Shown here one piece after another: positions 1-10,390 of a DNA stretch of 64,000 nt; the stretch's first letter is position 1; each line of letters starts with the position of its first letter. Under the pieces are notes generated by a model that made no database searches, had not been told where the DNA came from, and worked only from the letters and a program-made list of their open reading frames with translations. This DNA is from Candidatus Iainarchaeum sp. (GTDB lineage Archaea; B1Sed10-29; WALL01), in assembly GCA_023129115.1 (NCBI GenBank), contig JAGMCR010000003.1, positions 67,944 through 131,943 on the forward strand. The letters are read 5' to 3'. The translations under genes and the position numbers were made by a program.

Positions 1-516
1 TGGGAAGAGGCCGAGATGGAGATAGATGGGTTTGTGACGAAGAAGATGCGCGAAACCATTTCTGCCGCGAGGATTCCGGAGGGCAAGGAGCTTATGGCGC
101 TGCTGGAGGGGGCCATGGTCGCAGAGGACGTGCTACTCTTGATTAGGGCGAAGCTTCGCGGGCTCGGCGAGGAAGAGCAGCAGGCGCTTGCGGAAGCCAC
201 GGAGATGGGCGGCGACGCGCGCGAGCTCGTTAAGGTTTCCCTCGAGGGCATAACGCCCGAGGCACTGCCGCCGGTCGCGGTGCTGCGCGACAACAGCGAG
301 CTGGTGTCCGAGGGCAAAATCGTCGAGCTCGAGAAGGCGGTGGGCGAGCACATCGCGTCGAGGACGCGGCAGCTCGCGATGTTCCACCCGGAGGGTGCGT
401 ACCCGATTGCGCTTTACATAATGGAAAAGAACAGCGAGAAGAAGGCGCTCCAGCTGATTAGCAAGGCGGTCGAGGAAGGAATGCCCACGGAGAGGGTGCT
501 GGAGCTGATGGCGTGA
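1..516 (+). CDS. atpC: A-type (V-type) ATP synthase subunit C, C-terminal part; the reading frame is open to the window edge
   Basis: ORF open at position 1; it sits immediately upstream of atpF-atpA-atpB-atpD in the canonical archaeal order; assignment rests on position and size only. Confidence 0.5.
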   Translation, partial: WEEAEMEIDGFVTKKMRETISAARIPEGKELMALLEGAMVAEDVLLLIRAKLRGLGEEEQQALAEATEMGGDARELVKVSLEGITPEALPPVAVLRDNSELVSEGKIVELEKAVGEHIASRTRQLAMFHPEGAYPIALYIMEKNSEKKALQLISKAVEEGMPTERVLELMA

Positions 517-791
517 TAATACTCGGGAACCCGCAGTTCGCGACGGCGATGCTGCTGGCGGGGATAAGCAACAGCCATCGCGTAACAAGCCGCGCGGAGT
601 GGCTTGCGCGCGTGCGCGAGCTCCCGAAAGAAGAGACAATCATCGCAAACACGAGCGTCGTGGGAATCCTCCCCGAGCTCAAGGAATTCAAGAACCTGAT
701 AACGCTTCCTGACAGCGCTTCAGAGTTCGGCAGCGTCGACGACCTCAAGGAAATCGTGAAGGCTGCCGTTGGAATAGAGATAGAGGTGTGA
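513..791 (+). CDS. atpF: A-type ATP synthase subunit F
   Basis: 92 aa; 4-nt overlaps with both neighbours; position between the C and A subunits; N-terminal MIILGN..LAGI motif typical of AtpF. Confidence 0.7.
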   Translation: MIILGNPQFATAMLLAGISNSHRVTSRAEWLARVRELPKEETIIANTSVVGILPELKEFKNLITLPDSASEFGSVDDLKEIVKAAVGIEIEV

Positions 792-2539
792 AAATGCCAA
801 AGATAAAGAAAATATCCGGCCCGGTTGTGGTTGCGGACGACATAAAAGGCTCACGAATGTATGACATGGTGCGCGTGGGCGAGGAGCATCTGATTGGCGA
901 AATAATCCAGCTGCACGGGGACACCGCGACCATACAGGTGTACGAAGACACAAACGGCCTGAGGCCAGGCGAGCCCGTGAAGCCCACTGGCCGCCAGCTC
1001 AGCATACAGCTGGGCCCAGGCCTGCTGAAGTCGATTTACGACGGGATTGCGAGGCCGCTTGAGTCGATTGCCGACAAGTCCGGCGACTTCATCGCCAGAG
1101 GAATCGATGTGCCGTCGCTCGACAAGAAGAAGCAGTGGGAGTTCAAGCCCCTTGTGAAGAAGGGGGACAAGATTACTCCCGGGCAGATAGTCGGCGAGGT
1201 CAAGGAGACCAGCGTGCTCACCCACAGGATTTTGTGCCCGCCGGACATCAGCGGCAGGGCCGTCGACGTGAGCAGCGGCAAGCACCGGGTCGACGATGTT
1301 GTTGTGAAAGTTGAGTCAGGAAAGGCAAAAGGGGAAATCAAGCTCTCGCAGGAGTGGCCGGTCCGGGTCGGCAGGCCGTATTCTGAAAAGCTGTTCCCGG
1401 ACGTTCCGCTCGTGACGGGGCAGAGGATTCTCGACACGTTCTTCCCGCTCGCGAAGGGCGGGACAGCGGCAATTCCGGGGCCGTTCGGCTCCGGGAAGAC
1501 GGTGACGCAGCACCAGCTCGCCAAGTGGAGCGACGCTGACATCGTTGTGTACATCGGGTGCGGCGAGCGCGGGAACGAGATGACTGAAGTGCTCGAGGAG
1601 TTCCCGAAGCTAAAGGACCCGAAGAGCGGGAAGCCGCTGATGGAGCGGACCGTGATGATTGCGAACACTTCGAACATGCCTGTCGCAGCGAGGGAGGCGA
1701 GCGTTTACACCGGGATTACGATTGCCGAGTACTACCGCGACATGGGATACGACGTCTCGCTCATGGCGGACTCGACTTCAAGGTGGGCAGAGGCCATGAG
1801 GGAAATCTCGAGCCGGCTCGAGGAGATGCCTGGCGAAGAAGGGTATCCCGCGTATCTCGCGTCGAAGCTCGCCGCTTTCTACGAGAGGGCCGGAAGGGTA
1901 ACGGCGCTGAACAACAAGAACGGGTCAGTGAGTGTTATCGGCGCAGTGTCGCCGCCGGGCGGCGACTTCTCCGAGCCGGTGACGCAGAACACGCTTCGGA
2001 TTACGAAAGTGTTCTGGGCGCTGGACGCGAGCCTTGCGTACAGGCGGCACTTCCCTGCAATCAACTGGCTGACCTCGTACTCGCTCTACGAGCGGTACCT
2101 TGAGGACTACTTCAAGAAAGAGGTCTCCCAGGAGTTTGTTGAGCTGCGCAAGGAGTCGATGGTGCTGCTGCAGAAGGAGGCTGAGCTGAAGGAGATTGTG
2201 CAGCTCGTCGGCCCGGATGCACTTCCGGCCGAGGAGCGGCTCGTGCTCGACACCACCAAGTCGATTCGCGAGGACTTTCTGCAGCAGAACGCCTACCACG
2301 ACGTGGACTCGTACTGCAGCCTCGAGAAGCAGTACGGGATGCTGGGATTGATTCTGCACTTCCACGGCGAGGCCACGAAGGCCATGGCGTCCGGTGCAAA
2401 GATTGGGAAGCTCACCACGCTGCCAATCAAGGAAAAGATTGCGCGGATGAAGTACGACGAGGAGTTCATCAAGAACATCCCGAAGATGCGGAAAGAGATT
2501 GAAAAGCAAACAGCGTCTGCAGTGGAGGTGGTGGAATGA
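788..2539 (+). CDS. atpA: A-type ATP synthase catalytic subunit A
   Basis: 583 aa; Walker A GPFGSGKT; strong similarity to A1 subunit A along the whole length. Confidence 0.95.
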   Translation: MKMPKIKKISGPVVVADDIKGSRMYDMVRVGEEHLIGEIIQLHGDTATIQVYEDTNGLRPGEPVKPTGRQLSIQLGPGLLKSIYDGIARPLESIADKSGDFIARGIDVPSLDKKKQWEFKPLVKKGDKITPGQIVGEVKETSVLTHRILCPPDISGRAVDVSSGKHRVDDVVVKVESGKAKGEIKLSQEWPVRVGRPYSEKLFPDVPLVTGQRILDTFFPLAKGGTAAIPGPFGSGKTVTQHQLAKWSDADIVVYIGCGERGNEMTEVLEEFPKLKDPKSGKPLMERTVMIANTSNMPVAAREASVYTGITIAEYYRDMGYDVSLMADSTSRWAEAMREISSRLEEMPGEEGYPAYLASKLAAFYERAGRVTALNNKNGSVSVIGAVSPPGGDFSEPVTQNTLRITKVFWALDASLAYRRHFPAINWLTSYSLYERYLEDYFKKEVSQEFVELRKESMVLLQKEAELKEIVQLVGPDALPAEERLVLDTTKSIREDFLQQNAYHDVDSYCSLEKQYGMLGLILHFHGEATKAMASGAKIGKLTTLPIKEKIARMKYDEEFIKNIPKMRKEIEKQTASAVEVVE

Positions 2540-4032
2540 TAAGCGAGTACAAGTCCATACGCGAGGTCGCCGGGCCGCTGCTGGTCGTGGACGGCATTGA
2601 CGACGCGGGCTACGGCGAGCTCGTGAGGATAAAGACGGGCAGCGGCGAGCAGAAGATGGGCCAGGTGCTCGAGACCGCGAAGGGCTACGCAGTCGTGCAG
2701 GTGTTCGAGGGCACGGACGGCATCGACACGAAGGGCACGAGCGTGCGCTTCACCGGCGAGACCGTGAAGCTGAGCGTTTCGACCGACATGCTTGGCCGCG
2801 TGTTCAATGGCAGGGGGGAGCCGATTGACAATGGGCCTGAAATCGTGCCGGACAAGAAGCTGGACATCAACGGCGAGGCGATTAACCCCTCGCGGAGGGA
2901 CACTCCGCTGGACTTTATCCAGACAGGCGTCTCGACGATTGATGGCATGAACACGCTGGTGCGCGGGCAGAAGCTCCCGATTTTCTCGGGCGCGGGCCTG
3001 CCGCACAACTTGCTTGCCGCGCAGATTGCGAGGCAGGCCAAGACGAGGAAGACCGGCGAGCAGTTCGCCATAGTGTTCGCCGCGATGGGGATTACGAACG
3101 AGGAGGCGCTGTTCTTCCAGAAGGAGTTCGAGCGGACTGGCGCGCTGAGCAATGTGGTGATGTTCCTGAACATGGCGAACGACCCGGCGATTGAGAGGAT
3201 TATCACGCCGAGGATGGCGCTGACCACGGCGGAGTTTTTGGCGTACGAAAAGGACATGCACATATTGGTCATCCTCACGGACATGACGAACTATTGTGAG
3301 GCACTGCGTGAGATTGCCGCTGCCAGGGAAGAAGTCCCTGGGAGGCGGGGATACCCGGGGTACATGTACACCGACCTCTCGACTATTTACGAGAGGGCGG
3401 GGAGGATTAAGGGGAGGAAGGGCTCGGTCACGCAGCTGCCAATCCTTACGATGCCGGACGACGACATTACGCACCCGATTGCAGACCTGACTGGGTACAT
3501 TACCGAGGGGCAGATTGTGCTGAGCAGGGAGCTGCACCGCAAGGGCATCTACCCGCCAATCAACCCGCTGCCGTCGCTGTCGAGGCTGATGAAGAACGGC
3601 ATTGGCTCCGGGAAGACGAGGGGCGACCACCCCGACATCTCGAACCAGCTCTACGCGGGATATGCACAGGGCATCGAGGTGCGGGAGCTGGTGGCTGTTG
3701 TCGGCGAGGAGTCGCTGGGCGAGCTTGACAAGCTCTACCTCAAGTTTGCCGACGACTTCGAGGACAAGTTCATCCGCCAGGAGTATTCCGAGGAGCGGGG
3801 CATTGAGGAGACGCTCGGCTTGACTTGGGAGCTGCTGTCGATGCTGCCTGAGAGCGAGCTGAAGAGGGTCAGGGACGAGTACATCGAGAAGTACCACCCG
3901 CACAAGGCCAAGGGCGAAGGCAAGCTGGCTGTTGAGGCAAGGGTGTCCGGGCAAATCACGGACATTGACTTGCTTGGTGGCAATTTGGTTAGCCTCGGTG
4001 GGCTGAAGAGGAAAAAGAAGCCGAGAGTGTAA
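2536..4032 (+). CDS. atpB: A-type ATP synthase subunit B, with a short basic C-terminal tail
   Basis: 498 aa; conserved B-subunit motifs ([23 protein letters not shown]); 4-nt overlap with atpA. Confidence 0.95.
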   Translation: MISEYKSIREVAGPLLVVDGIDDAGYGELVRIKTGSGEQKMGQVLETAKGYAVVQVFEGTDGIDTKGTSVRFTGETVKLSVSTDMLGRVFNGRGEPIDNGPEIVPDKKLDINGEAINPSRRDTPLDFIQTGVSTIDGMNTLVRGQKLPIFSGAGLPHNLLAAQIARQAKTRKTGEQFAIVFAAMGITNEEALFFQKEFERTGALSNVVMFLNMANDPAIERIITPRMALTTAEFLAYEKDMHILVILTDMTNYCEALREIAAAREEVPGRRGYPGYMYTDLSTIYERAGRIKGRKGSVTQLPILTMPDDDITHPIADLTGYITEGQIVLSRELHRKGIYPPINPLPSLSRLMKNGIGSGKTRGDHPDISNQLYAGYAQGIEVRELVAVVGEESLGELDKLYLKFADDFEDKFIRQEYSEERGIEETLGLTWELLSMLPESELKRVRDEYIEKYHPHKAKGEGKLAVEARVSGQITDIDLLGGNLVSLGGLKRKKKPRV

Positions 4033-4036
4033 GACG

Positions 4037-4651
4037 ATGCAGGTAAAGCCGACCCGGATGGAGCTTCTTCGCACCAAGAAGAAGCTGAAGCTGGCCGAGA
4101 AGGGCCACAAGCTCCTAAAGGAAAAGCGGGACACGCTGGTGATGGAGTTCTTCAGCACCCTGAAAGAGGTAAAGGAAGTGCGTGCCGGCATTGGCGGGGA
4201 GCTTGGCGAGGCAGAGGATCGGCTGTTCATGGCCGAGGCGCACATGGGCATACAGGAGATTGAGCGTGTCGCGCAGGGGCTTTCCGGCGAGACCAAGATT
4301 ACCTTCAAGTCCAAGAACATCATGGGCGTGAAGGTGCCTGAGATTGACGAGCTTGAGATTAGCCCGGAGTGGTATTCGGTGATTTCGAGCTCGACCTACC
4401 TCGAGGCGGCCGTGAACAAGTACCGGGCTTTGGCGCCGCGAATCCTGAAGCTGGCGGAGCTTGAGCTGAAGCTGAAGCGCCTGGCCGAGGAGATTAAGGC
4501 CACGAAGCGCAGGGTGAACTCGCTGGAGTACATCACAATCCCGATACTTGAGGAGATAAAGAAGGAAGTCGCGTTCAAGCTCGAGGAGCGGGAGAGGGAG
4601 AACTTCACGCGGCTGAAGAAAATTAAGTCAAAGGCGACTGCAAATGCCTGA
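4037..4651 (+). CDS. atpD: A-type ATP synthase subunit D
   Basis: 204 aa coiled-coil protein; N-terminus MQVKPTRMELLRTKKKLKLAEKGHKLLKEKRD is typical of AtpD. Confidence 0.9.
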   Translation: MQVKPTRMELLRTKKKLKLAEKGHKLLKEKRDTLVMEFFSTLKEVKEVRAGIGGELGEAEDRLFMAEAHMGIQEIERVAQGLSGETKITFKSKNIMGVKVPEIDELEISPEWYSVISSSTYLEAAVNKYRALAPRILKLAELELKLKRLAEEIKATKRRVNSLEYITIPILEEIKKEVAFKLEERERENFTRLKKIKSKATANA

Positions 4652-4779
4652 AAAGAACGAGAAATGGGTCTTGGCGACGCTGCTCGCGGGGCAGGTCTCG
4701 TCGCTGGTCATGATTTTTGGGTTCTTTATGTTCCTGTTTTTGGTGTTTAGGTCGCTTGGCTGGCTTTGAACTACCCAAA

Positions 4780-4787
4780 CGCATTTA
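4780..4787 (+). promoter_or_regulatory. TATA-box-like element TTTAAAT, centred in the 16-nt perfect palindrome ACGCATTTAAATGCGT, about 25-30 nt upstream of the ATG at 4812
   Basis: sequence motif and its spacing to the downstream start codon; would give a leaderless transcript. Confidence 0.35.
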
Positions 4788-4811
4788 AATGCGTGTTGCT
4801 TGATGGGGGTT

Positions 4812-4964
4812 ATGGAAGCCTACTGTGTCAAATGCAGGACGAAAGTTGAGATTAAGGACGGTGAGGAAGTCATCATTGACACCAAGCGCGGCAAGAAAAA
4901 GTTTATGATGGGCACGTGCAGCGTCTGCGGGACCAAGGTATCGCGCGTCTTGGGCAATGCTTAG
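4812..4964 (+). CDS. small zinc-ribbon protein (50 aa; CxxC...CxxC, DUF5679-like)
   Basis: ORF below the 60-aa cut-off of the track: MEAYCVKCRTKVEIKDGEEVIIDTKRGKKKFMMGTCSVCGTKVSRVLGNA; four Cys in two CxxC pairs; TATA-like element upstream. Confidence 0.55.
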   Translation: MEAYCVKCRTKVEIKDGEEVIIDTKRGKKKFMMGTCSVCGTKVSRVLGNA

Positions 4965-5830
4965 GTGAACAGCAGCCAAAGCAGTGTGTCGCCAACCATC
5001 AAGTTCAGCAATAGCGAAGCCAGTATGAATACTCCGAACTTCGGCAAGTTCTCCTGAACGATAATTTGCTTGATGCCGTGCTTCCTGGCCGTCTTTTTTA
5101 TCGCCTTCAGCTCCATTTCAAGGAAGGTCTTTCTGCTTCCGAGCCCCAGCTTCTTCTTCATTGATGGGCTCATTAGCTCGAGTGCTATGACGTCGTCGTC
5201 GTTGAGGTCCTTGACGGCTTTTTTCCTGACGACGTAGAGGCGCAGGATGTCTTCCTTGAACGCCATCGCGAACGTGCCGAGCGCCAGGGGGACTGCGACA
5301 ATTGTCATCATCGGGCTCAAGTAGACCCAGATTACGGCAAGCGGGAGGGTCAGCGCAGAGTACAGCAGGCCGCGGAACGACTTCGCCCTGAAGTCCTTGA
5401 TTTTTTTGCGGTCTTCGTGGAGGCGGCGGAGGTAGTCGATGGAGACCACTGCCATGGCCATGACCGCCGACGCGAAAAACACGCTCACGACGAATGGGTA
5501 CGGGGCAATGATTGGATTGAAGCCAAGGGCCACAAGCTGGGCTGGATAGATGGGGAGCAGCAGGGCGAGTGCTGTGAACAGCTTGACGTCGCCGCCGCCG
5601 AGCTGGCCAAACGTGTAGAAGATGAAGGACGCTGCGAACACGCCGGCAGCAATCAGGTAGTATGGGACTGCAGCCTCGAGGCCGCTGTAGAGCGGCAGCA
5701 GGGCCGCGCCAAGCAGCAGCATGGCGTGGGTGTACCTGTCCGGCATATAGCCAGTCTTGAAGTCTGTGTGGGAGACCACCGCTGTCCCGATTATGGCTAT
5801 TGCAACTCCCAATAACTCAAACATTGTCAT
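4961..5830 (-). CDS. A24-family prepilin/preflagellin peptidase (polytopic membrane aspartyl protease)
   Basis: 289 aa, multiple TM segments; conserved catalytic-region motifs TDFKTGYMPD and GGGDVKLF. Confidence 0.75.
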   Translation of the reverse strand: MTMFELLGVAIAIIGTAVVSHTDFKTGYMPDRYTHAMLLLGAALLPLYSGLEAAVPYYLIAAGVFAASFIFYTFGQLGGGDVKLFTALALLLPIYPAQLVALGFNPIIAPYPFVVSVFFASAVMAMAVVSIDYLRRLHEDRKKIKDFRAKSFRGLLYSALTLPLAVIWVYLSPMMTIVAVPLALGTFAMAFKEDILRLYVVRKKAVKDLNDDDVIALELMSPSMKKKLGLGSRKTFLEMELKAIKKTARKHGIKQIIVQENLPKFGVFILASLLLNLMVGDTLLWLLFT

Positions 5831-7064
5831 GCACCTCTAGAACGTTTAATTCGACACACTTGCACGGCCCGAGAAAGTCGGCGAAAGACGGCTTTGTCCT
5901 CCCGGAGTCGCCGCTGATTAACTCTTTTATGTAGGCGCCCGCCTCGGCGCGGATTACTGCGCGGAGCCGTAGCCCCTTTTTCTCCAGCTCCACGCCGTGG
6001 ATTGCCCTTTTCCTCACTAGGTCGGCCCGCCGGTGCGACACCCTGTCCGGCGTGCGCTGGCTTATTTCTTTTTCTTGGAATTCATTAATTACGCTTTCGA
6101 TTGCTTCGTCGGAAGCATCGTTTTCGCACTCGATGATTGCCTCGTACGTCTTGTCGTGGCGGGCGGCCTTGATGCGGCGGACTTCTTCTTTTGAGGACTT
6201 GCGCAGCTTCTGGACCTCGATTTTTCCGGTGGCGGAAGAGTTGACTTCCTTGGCCATCTCTTCCCAGTCGAGGAACCTACGGAGGGGCTGCTGCAGCTCC
6301 AGCACGAAGGGCCGCCAACCTAAGCAGGTTGCGTCGATGTCCTCCCTGCCCGAGCCGTGGAACTTTTCCCCCTTTGCACCGGTCTTTTCCATGAACGGCT
6401 TCGCGATTATTTCCTCGACGCTCTCCTCGTACATCTTGCCAGTGAAATTGCACTCCTTGCAGCCCCGGCCCCTGCAGCGCCTGCAGAACCACTTTGTCTG
6501 GGGGATTCCGCGCAGGAGCTTCTTGTACTTGCCGTACACGAAGAGGGCGTGTATGTTCAGAGATACCTTGCCGGTCGTGAAGTCCGCGAGCGCGGTCACG
6601 TCCGGGTGCGTGAACTCCGCTTCCTTGCCCGTGGCCTTTCCCAGCTCAAGCCCAATTTGGCGCACTAGGTCCTTCTTGAGTGGCTCGCAGTGCAGCGCCC
6701 CGATTTCCACCCAGAGCTCTTCCTCCCTGCCGAGGAGCGCGCGGTCGACGCGGCAGCCGACGAGGAAGTTTTCGTAGTCCAGGCCTGCGAGGAGCTCTGC
6801 GGCTTTTTTGGCCATGGCGTCTGTCTCCAGAAAGTAGCCGCTGCAGAGCGGGCAGTCTTTTTTGAGGGCGACTTTGTCTGTCTCGCAGTGCCTTGCCTCT
6901 GCAAGTGAGTTTGACTGGCGGACCTTGGAGCCAATTGCGCCCTGGTCCATGCCCTCGAACAAGCGGTGGAACTGCCTGCCGATGCAGCGGTCGCACGCGC
7001 CGATCTCGAGCAAGTGCTTGCGTGCGGCAGAGTAGTCGAAGTCCACTTCACATCCCCATACCAA
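5817..7064 (-). CDS. pus10: tRNA pseudouridine synthase Pus10 (psi54/55)
   Basis: 415 aa; N-terminal CxxC pair plus CRRCRGRGCKECNFTGK zinc motif; THUMP-like middle region; size and context match archaeal Pus10. Confidence 0.75.
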   Translation of the reverse strand: MVWGCEVDFDYSAARKHLLEIGACDRCIGRQFHRLFEGMDQGAIGSKVRQSNSLAEARHCETDKVALKKDCPLCSGYFLETDAMAKKAAELLAGLDYENFLVGCRVDRALLGREEELWVEIGALHCEPLKKDLVRQIGLELGKATGKEAEFTHPDVTALADFTTGKVSLNIHALFVYGKYKKLLRGIPQTKWFCRRCRGRGCKECNFTGKMYEESVEEIIAKPFMEKTGAKGEKFHGSGREDIDATCLGWRPFVLELQQPLRRFLDWEEMAKEVNSSATGKIEVQKLRKSSKEEVRRIKAARHDKTYEAIIECENDASDEAIESVINEFQEKEISQRTPDRVSHRRADLVRKRAIHGVELEKKGLRLRAVIRAEAGAYIKELISGDSGRTKPSFADFLGPCKCVELNVLEVHDNV

Positions 7065-8373
7065 GCTTTCCCATCATCTTGGAAAGGCCCTTGGGGAGGC
7101 GCTTTCCCTTCTTGAACTTCTTGAATATCTTTTTGGTGGCATTGAACTGCTTCAGGAGCTCACGGACTGCGGACTCCGGCTTGCCCGAGCCCTTCGCGAT
7201 GCGGCGGATGCGCGAGGAGTTGATTACATCAGGGTCCTCGAGCTCTTTCTCGGTCATGGAGTCCATGATGTGCTTGTACGACTTCATCTTTTCCTCGCTC
7301 TGCTCGAGGACGTCGTCCGGGAGCTGGGCGCTCATGCCAAGCTGCTCAAAGACTTTTGAGAGCGAGCCCATTTTCTTGGTCGCCTCGAGCTGCTTGTAGA
7401 ACTTCTTGAGCGTGAACTCGCCCTTCATCAGGTCTTCCGGCGAAAGGTCCTCTTCCTCGACCACTTCCTTGATGCGCTCCATCAGCGAGCCGAGGTCCGG
7501 GTAGCCCAGCAGCCGCGAGATGTACTTCTGCGGGTCGTAGGCTTCTAGGTCCTCCGGCTTCTCGCCCGTGCCAATGAAAGTGATTGGGATGCCCGCCTCG
7601 GCGCACGCCGAGAGAGCGCCGCCGCCCTTCGCGGACGAGTCCATCCTCGTCACGATGACGCCCGTTAGCCCAATCGCGTCGTTGAACTCCTTTGCCTGCT
7701 TGCCCGCGGTCTGGCCCATGTCCGCGCCGAGAACTAAGATTTTTTGGTCGGGCTTGAGGATTGCGGACAAGTCCTTGACCTCGTCGATTAATTCCTTGTT
7801 CAGCGAGTCCCTGCCAGCGGAGTCCACGATAAGGAGGTCATGGCCCTTGACGGCCGCGATGCCCTGCTTGAGTATCTTGGCCGCGTCCTTCTCGCCCTTG
7901 ATGCCAAACATTGGGACCTTTACTCTTTCGGCCAGCTGCTCGACCTGCTCGTAGGCGGCGGGCCTCCAGGTGTCAGTAGTGATTATCGCTGGCTTAAGGC
8001 CTCGCTTCGCGAAGTATTTTGCCAGCTTGGCCGTGGTGGTGGTCTTGCCGTGGCCATACGTGCCTACCAAAAGGATTTTCTGTGGCTTGACCTCTGGCTG
8101 GAACTCTTCGCCCACGAGGGAAATGAGCTCGTCGTAGACCAGCTTTATGAAGTGCTCCTTTTGTGAGATGCCTGCCGGCACTGTGGCGTCCTTCACGCGC
8201 GACTCTATCCGCTTCGAGAGCTCGAACACCAGCTTGATGTTGACGTCCGCGGAAATCAGCGTGCGCTGCAGCTCCTTAATGCTTGACTTGAGCAGCGCCT
8301 CGTCAACGACTGCGGCGCCGGATATCTTGCTGATGACCCCCCTTAGCCCGGAAGCCAACTTGGATACTACCAT
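7048..8373 (-). CDS. srp54: signal recognition particle protein SRP54
   Basis: 441 aa; GTPase box GTYGHGKTTTTAKLA; methionine-rich M domain at the C-terminus. Confidence 0.95.
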   Translation of the reverse strand: MVVSKLASGLRGVISKISGAAVVDEALLKSSIKELQRTLISADVNIKLVFELSKRIESRVKDATVPAGISQKEHFIKLVYDELISLVGEEFQPEVKPQKILLVGTYGHGKTTTTAKLAKYFAKRGLKPAIITTDTWRPAAYEQVEQLAERVKVPMFGIKGEKDAAKILKQGIAAVKGHDLLIVDSAGRDSLNKELIDEVKDLSAILKPDQKILVLGADMGQTAGKQAKEFNDAIGLTGVIVTRMDSSAKGGGALSACAEAGIPITFIGTGEKPEDLEAYDPQKYISRLLGYPDLGSLMERIKEVVEEEDLSPEDLMKGEFTLKKFYKQLEATKKMGSLSKVFEQLGMSAQLPDDVLEQSEEKMKSYKHIMDSMTEKELEDPDVINSSRIRRIAKGSGKPESAVRELLKQFNATKKIFKKFKKGKRLPKGLSKMMGKLGMGM

Positions 8374-8407
8374 TGCATACCCTTTAATCCTGCTTTGTTT
8401 TTATGGC

Positions 8408-9721
8408 TTAGCCGAAAATCCTGTCCAGCAGGTCGTCCGCGCTGAAGCGCACGAGGTCTCTGTAGGACTGGCCTATGCCGTAATAGATTATTGGGACGCC
8501 GGTCGAGCGGGCGATGCTGATGACGCCGCCGCCCTTCACGTCCATGTCCATCTTGGAAAGAATGACTCCGTCGACGCCGATTTCTGCCTTGAACTGCTCG
8601 ACCCGCTCGAGCAGCGCGTTGCCGGCCAAGGCCTCGTCGAGGTAAATCAATAGGTGCGGGTTGGCGACTCGCTTGATTTTCTTCAGCTCTTCCATCAGGT
8701 TTTTGTTGGTCTCCTGGCGCCCGGCTGTGTCAATGAGCACGCAGTCGATTCCCCTGGCCTTCGCGCTCTTGATTGTGTCGAATGCGACTGCGGCGGGGTC
8801 TGCGCCGTACGTGTGCTTGACCATCTTTATCCCAAGCGCGTCCGCGTGGTACTGGAGCTGCTCAATGGACGCTGCGCGGAAAGTGTCCGATGCGGCAAAG
8901 ATTGAGGACAAGTTGTTTTCCTTGAGCATGTGCGCAATTTTTGCGAGCGTCGTCGTCTTTCCCGCGCCGTTCGGTCCCAAAAACATTACCACAAAAGGCT
9001 TTTCGGACTTCTTTGCCTTTTCGACCAGGTCGAAGCTGGGCACAGAGACTATTTCGCGTATGGTGTCGCGGACCGCTGACTCTATCACTGTGCGGACGTC
9101 GCTGCCCCTCGAGAACTTCGTGGCGGCAAGGCGCTGCTTCAGCAAAGAGATTATTTCCTCGGCCACGGGCTGGGCGACGTCGGCCTCGAGGAGCGCGAGC
9201 TCGAACTCCCACATGAAGTCGTCGATTTCTTTCTCAGAAAGCGAGACTTCGGCGGCGACCGCGCGCTTGATGCGAGTGACGAGGCCTAGCTTTGGCTTTT
9301 TCTCTTCGATTGGCTTTGCAACTGGTGGTATCGCCGGAACCGGCGATACCACTGGTTTTGGCTCGGCCGGTACTGGCTCAGTAACTTTGGGTGCCACGGG
9401 CTCGGGCTCAACAACTTTTGGTGCCGCCGGCTCTGGCTCGGGTTCTGGCTCAATAACTTTTGGTGCCGCGGGCTCTGGCTCAATAACTTGGGGTGTCGCC
9501 GGTACTGGCGACACCCCGGGTTTTGGGGTGGGCGGCGTTGGTTTTGCTTTTGGCGCAGGCTTTTCTTTTTTTGGCTCTGGCTTGCGCTCTTCTTTCTTTG
9601 GTTCTGGTTGAGGGACTGGTTCTTCCTTTGGCTGGGTGGGCGCTTCCTCGATTTTTTCCTCTGCCTTTTTCGTTATTTTCGAGGCGAAGTCCTCGATTTT
9701 TTTCTTGAGGAATCCAAACAT
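8408..9721 (-). CDS. ftsY: SRP receptor FtsY with a Pro/Glu/Lys-rich repetitive N-terminal extension
   Basis: 437 aa; NG domain with LGPNGAGKTTTLAKIA; the N-terminal ~140 aa is low-complexity PEPEPAAPKV repeats. Confidence 0.95.
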   Translation of the reverse strand: MFGFLKKKIEDFASKITKKAEEKIEEAPTQPKEEPVPQPEPKKEERKPEPKKEKPAPKAKPTPPTPKPGVSPVPATPQVIEPEPAAPKVIEPEPEPEPAAPKVVEPEPVAPKVTEPVPAEPKPVVSPVPAIPPVAKPIEEKKPKLGLVTRIKRAVAAEVSLSEKEIDDFMWEFELALLEADVAQPVAEEIISLLKQRLAATKFSRGSDVRTVIESAVRDTIREIVSVPSFDLVEKAKKSEKPFVVMFLGPNGAGKTTTLAKIAHMLKENNLSSIFAASDTFRAASIEQLQYHADALGIKMVKHTYGADPAAVAFDTIKSAKARGIDCVLIDTAGRQETNKNLMEELKKIKRVANPHLLIYLDEALAGNALLERVEQFKAEIGVDGVILSKMDMDVKGGGVISIARSTGVPIIYYGIGQSYRDLVRFSADDLLDRIFG

Positions 9722-9722
9722 G

Positions 9723-10154
9723 TCAACCGCTTATCACTGGCACGTCAGAGGTGGGGGGCTGCCTTGCCGCGGCGAGTTTCTTCCTTATCTCCATGGACTC
9801 GGTGCGCAGCATCTTCGCCATTCCCTGGAGCTTGTCGGCGGTCTCGCGAAGGGTGTTTTCCCTCCTCTTGACTATCTCGATTGCCTCCTCGCGGCTCTTC
9901 TCCAAGACCACGCCGGAGCCAACCTCGACCTTGACCGTTGACACGTCAATCCCAACAGGGAGGTAGACGCCGCCAACCGGCACAAGCCCTTCCTTTTCGC
10001 CGCCCTTGATTTCCTCAAGGGTGGAGCGCGTCGCCATAAGCACTTCGAGTGAGCGGGCGAGCCCCTGTAGCTGCTCGCTTATCTGCCCCATCTTGGCCTC
10101 GTTGCCCCTTATCATTCCAATTGCCTGTTCTGCCGTAATTTCAACCATTTTCAT
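9723..10154 (-). CDS. pfdA: prefoldin alpha subunit
   Basis: 143 aa; coiled-coil / beta-hairpin / coiled-coil architecture; conserved rplX-pfdA-ftsY neighbourhood. Confidence 0.85.
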   Translation of the reverse strand: MKMVEITAEQAIGMIRGNEAKMGQISEQLQGLARSLEVLMATRSTLEEIKGGEKEGLVPVGGVYLPVGIDVSTVKVEVGSGVVLEKSREEAIEIVKRRENTLRETADKLQGMAKMLRTESMEIRKKLAAARQPPTSDVPVISG

Positions 10155-10390
10155 TCACCCTCGCTCAACTGCTTTACCAGCAGGGACGTCGTCTCCCCGG
10201 CAGGCACTTCCTCAACAGAGGTTATCTGGACCTCGCGGCGCTTGCACTTGTGCTTCGAGCCGATGTCCGTGTAGACCTTTTCTTTTGCGTCCTCTGGCTT
10301 GAGCGCCCGGACGTCAATCGCAAAGCCATGCTTCGCCCCTTTCTCGCCGAAAATCCCCTTCAGCCTGTAAATTTTTATCATGCCAATCAC
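10151..10390 (-). CDS. rplX: 50S ribosomal protein LX (L18Ae/L20A family)
   Basis: 79 aa, MIKIYRLKGIF... typical of LX; lies in the conserved eIF6-LX-pfdA-ftsY cluster. Confidence 0.8.
   Translation of the reverse strand: MIGMIKIYRLKGIFGEKGAKHGFAIDVRALKPEDAKEKVYTDIGSKHKCKRREVQITSVEEVPAGETTSLLVKQLSEGE

Noticed and set aside
2293-4323. 676-aa minus-strand ORF antisense to atpA/atpB
   Set aside because: Lies entirely antisense to two strongly supported ATPase genes. Its translation is low-complexity (Arg/Pro/Leu-rich), typical of spurious antisense ORFs in high-GC DNA.
9286-9611. Regular ~45-bp periodicity in ftsY 5' region considered as a possible CRISPR-like array
   Set aside because: Repeats are imperfect, in-frame, and encode the PEPEPAAPKV protein repeat of FtsY. 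There are no unique spacers of constant length and no cas genes.
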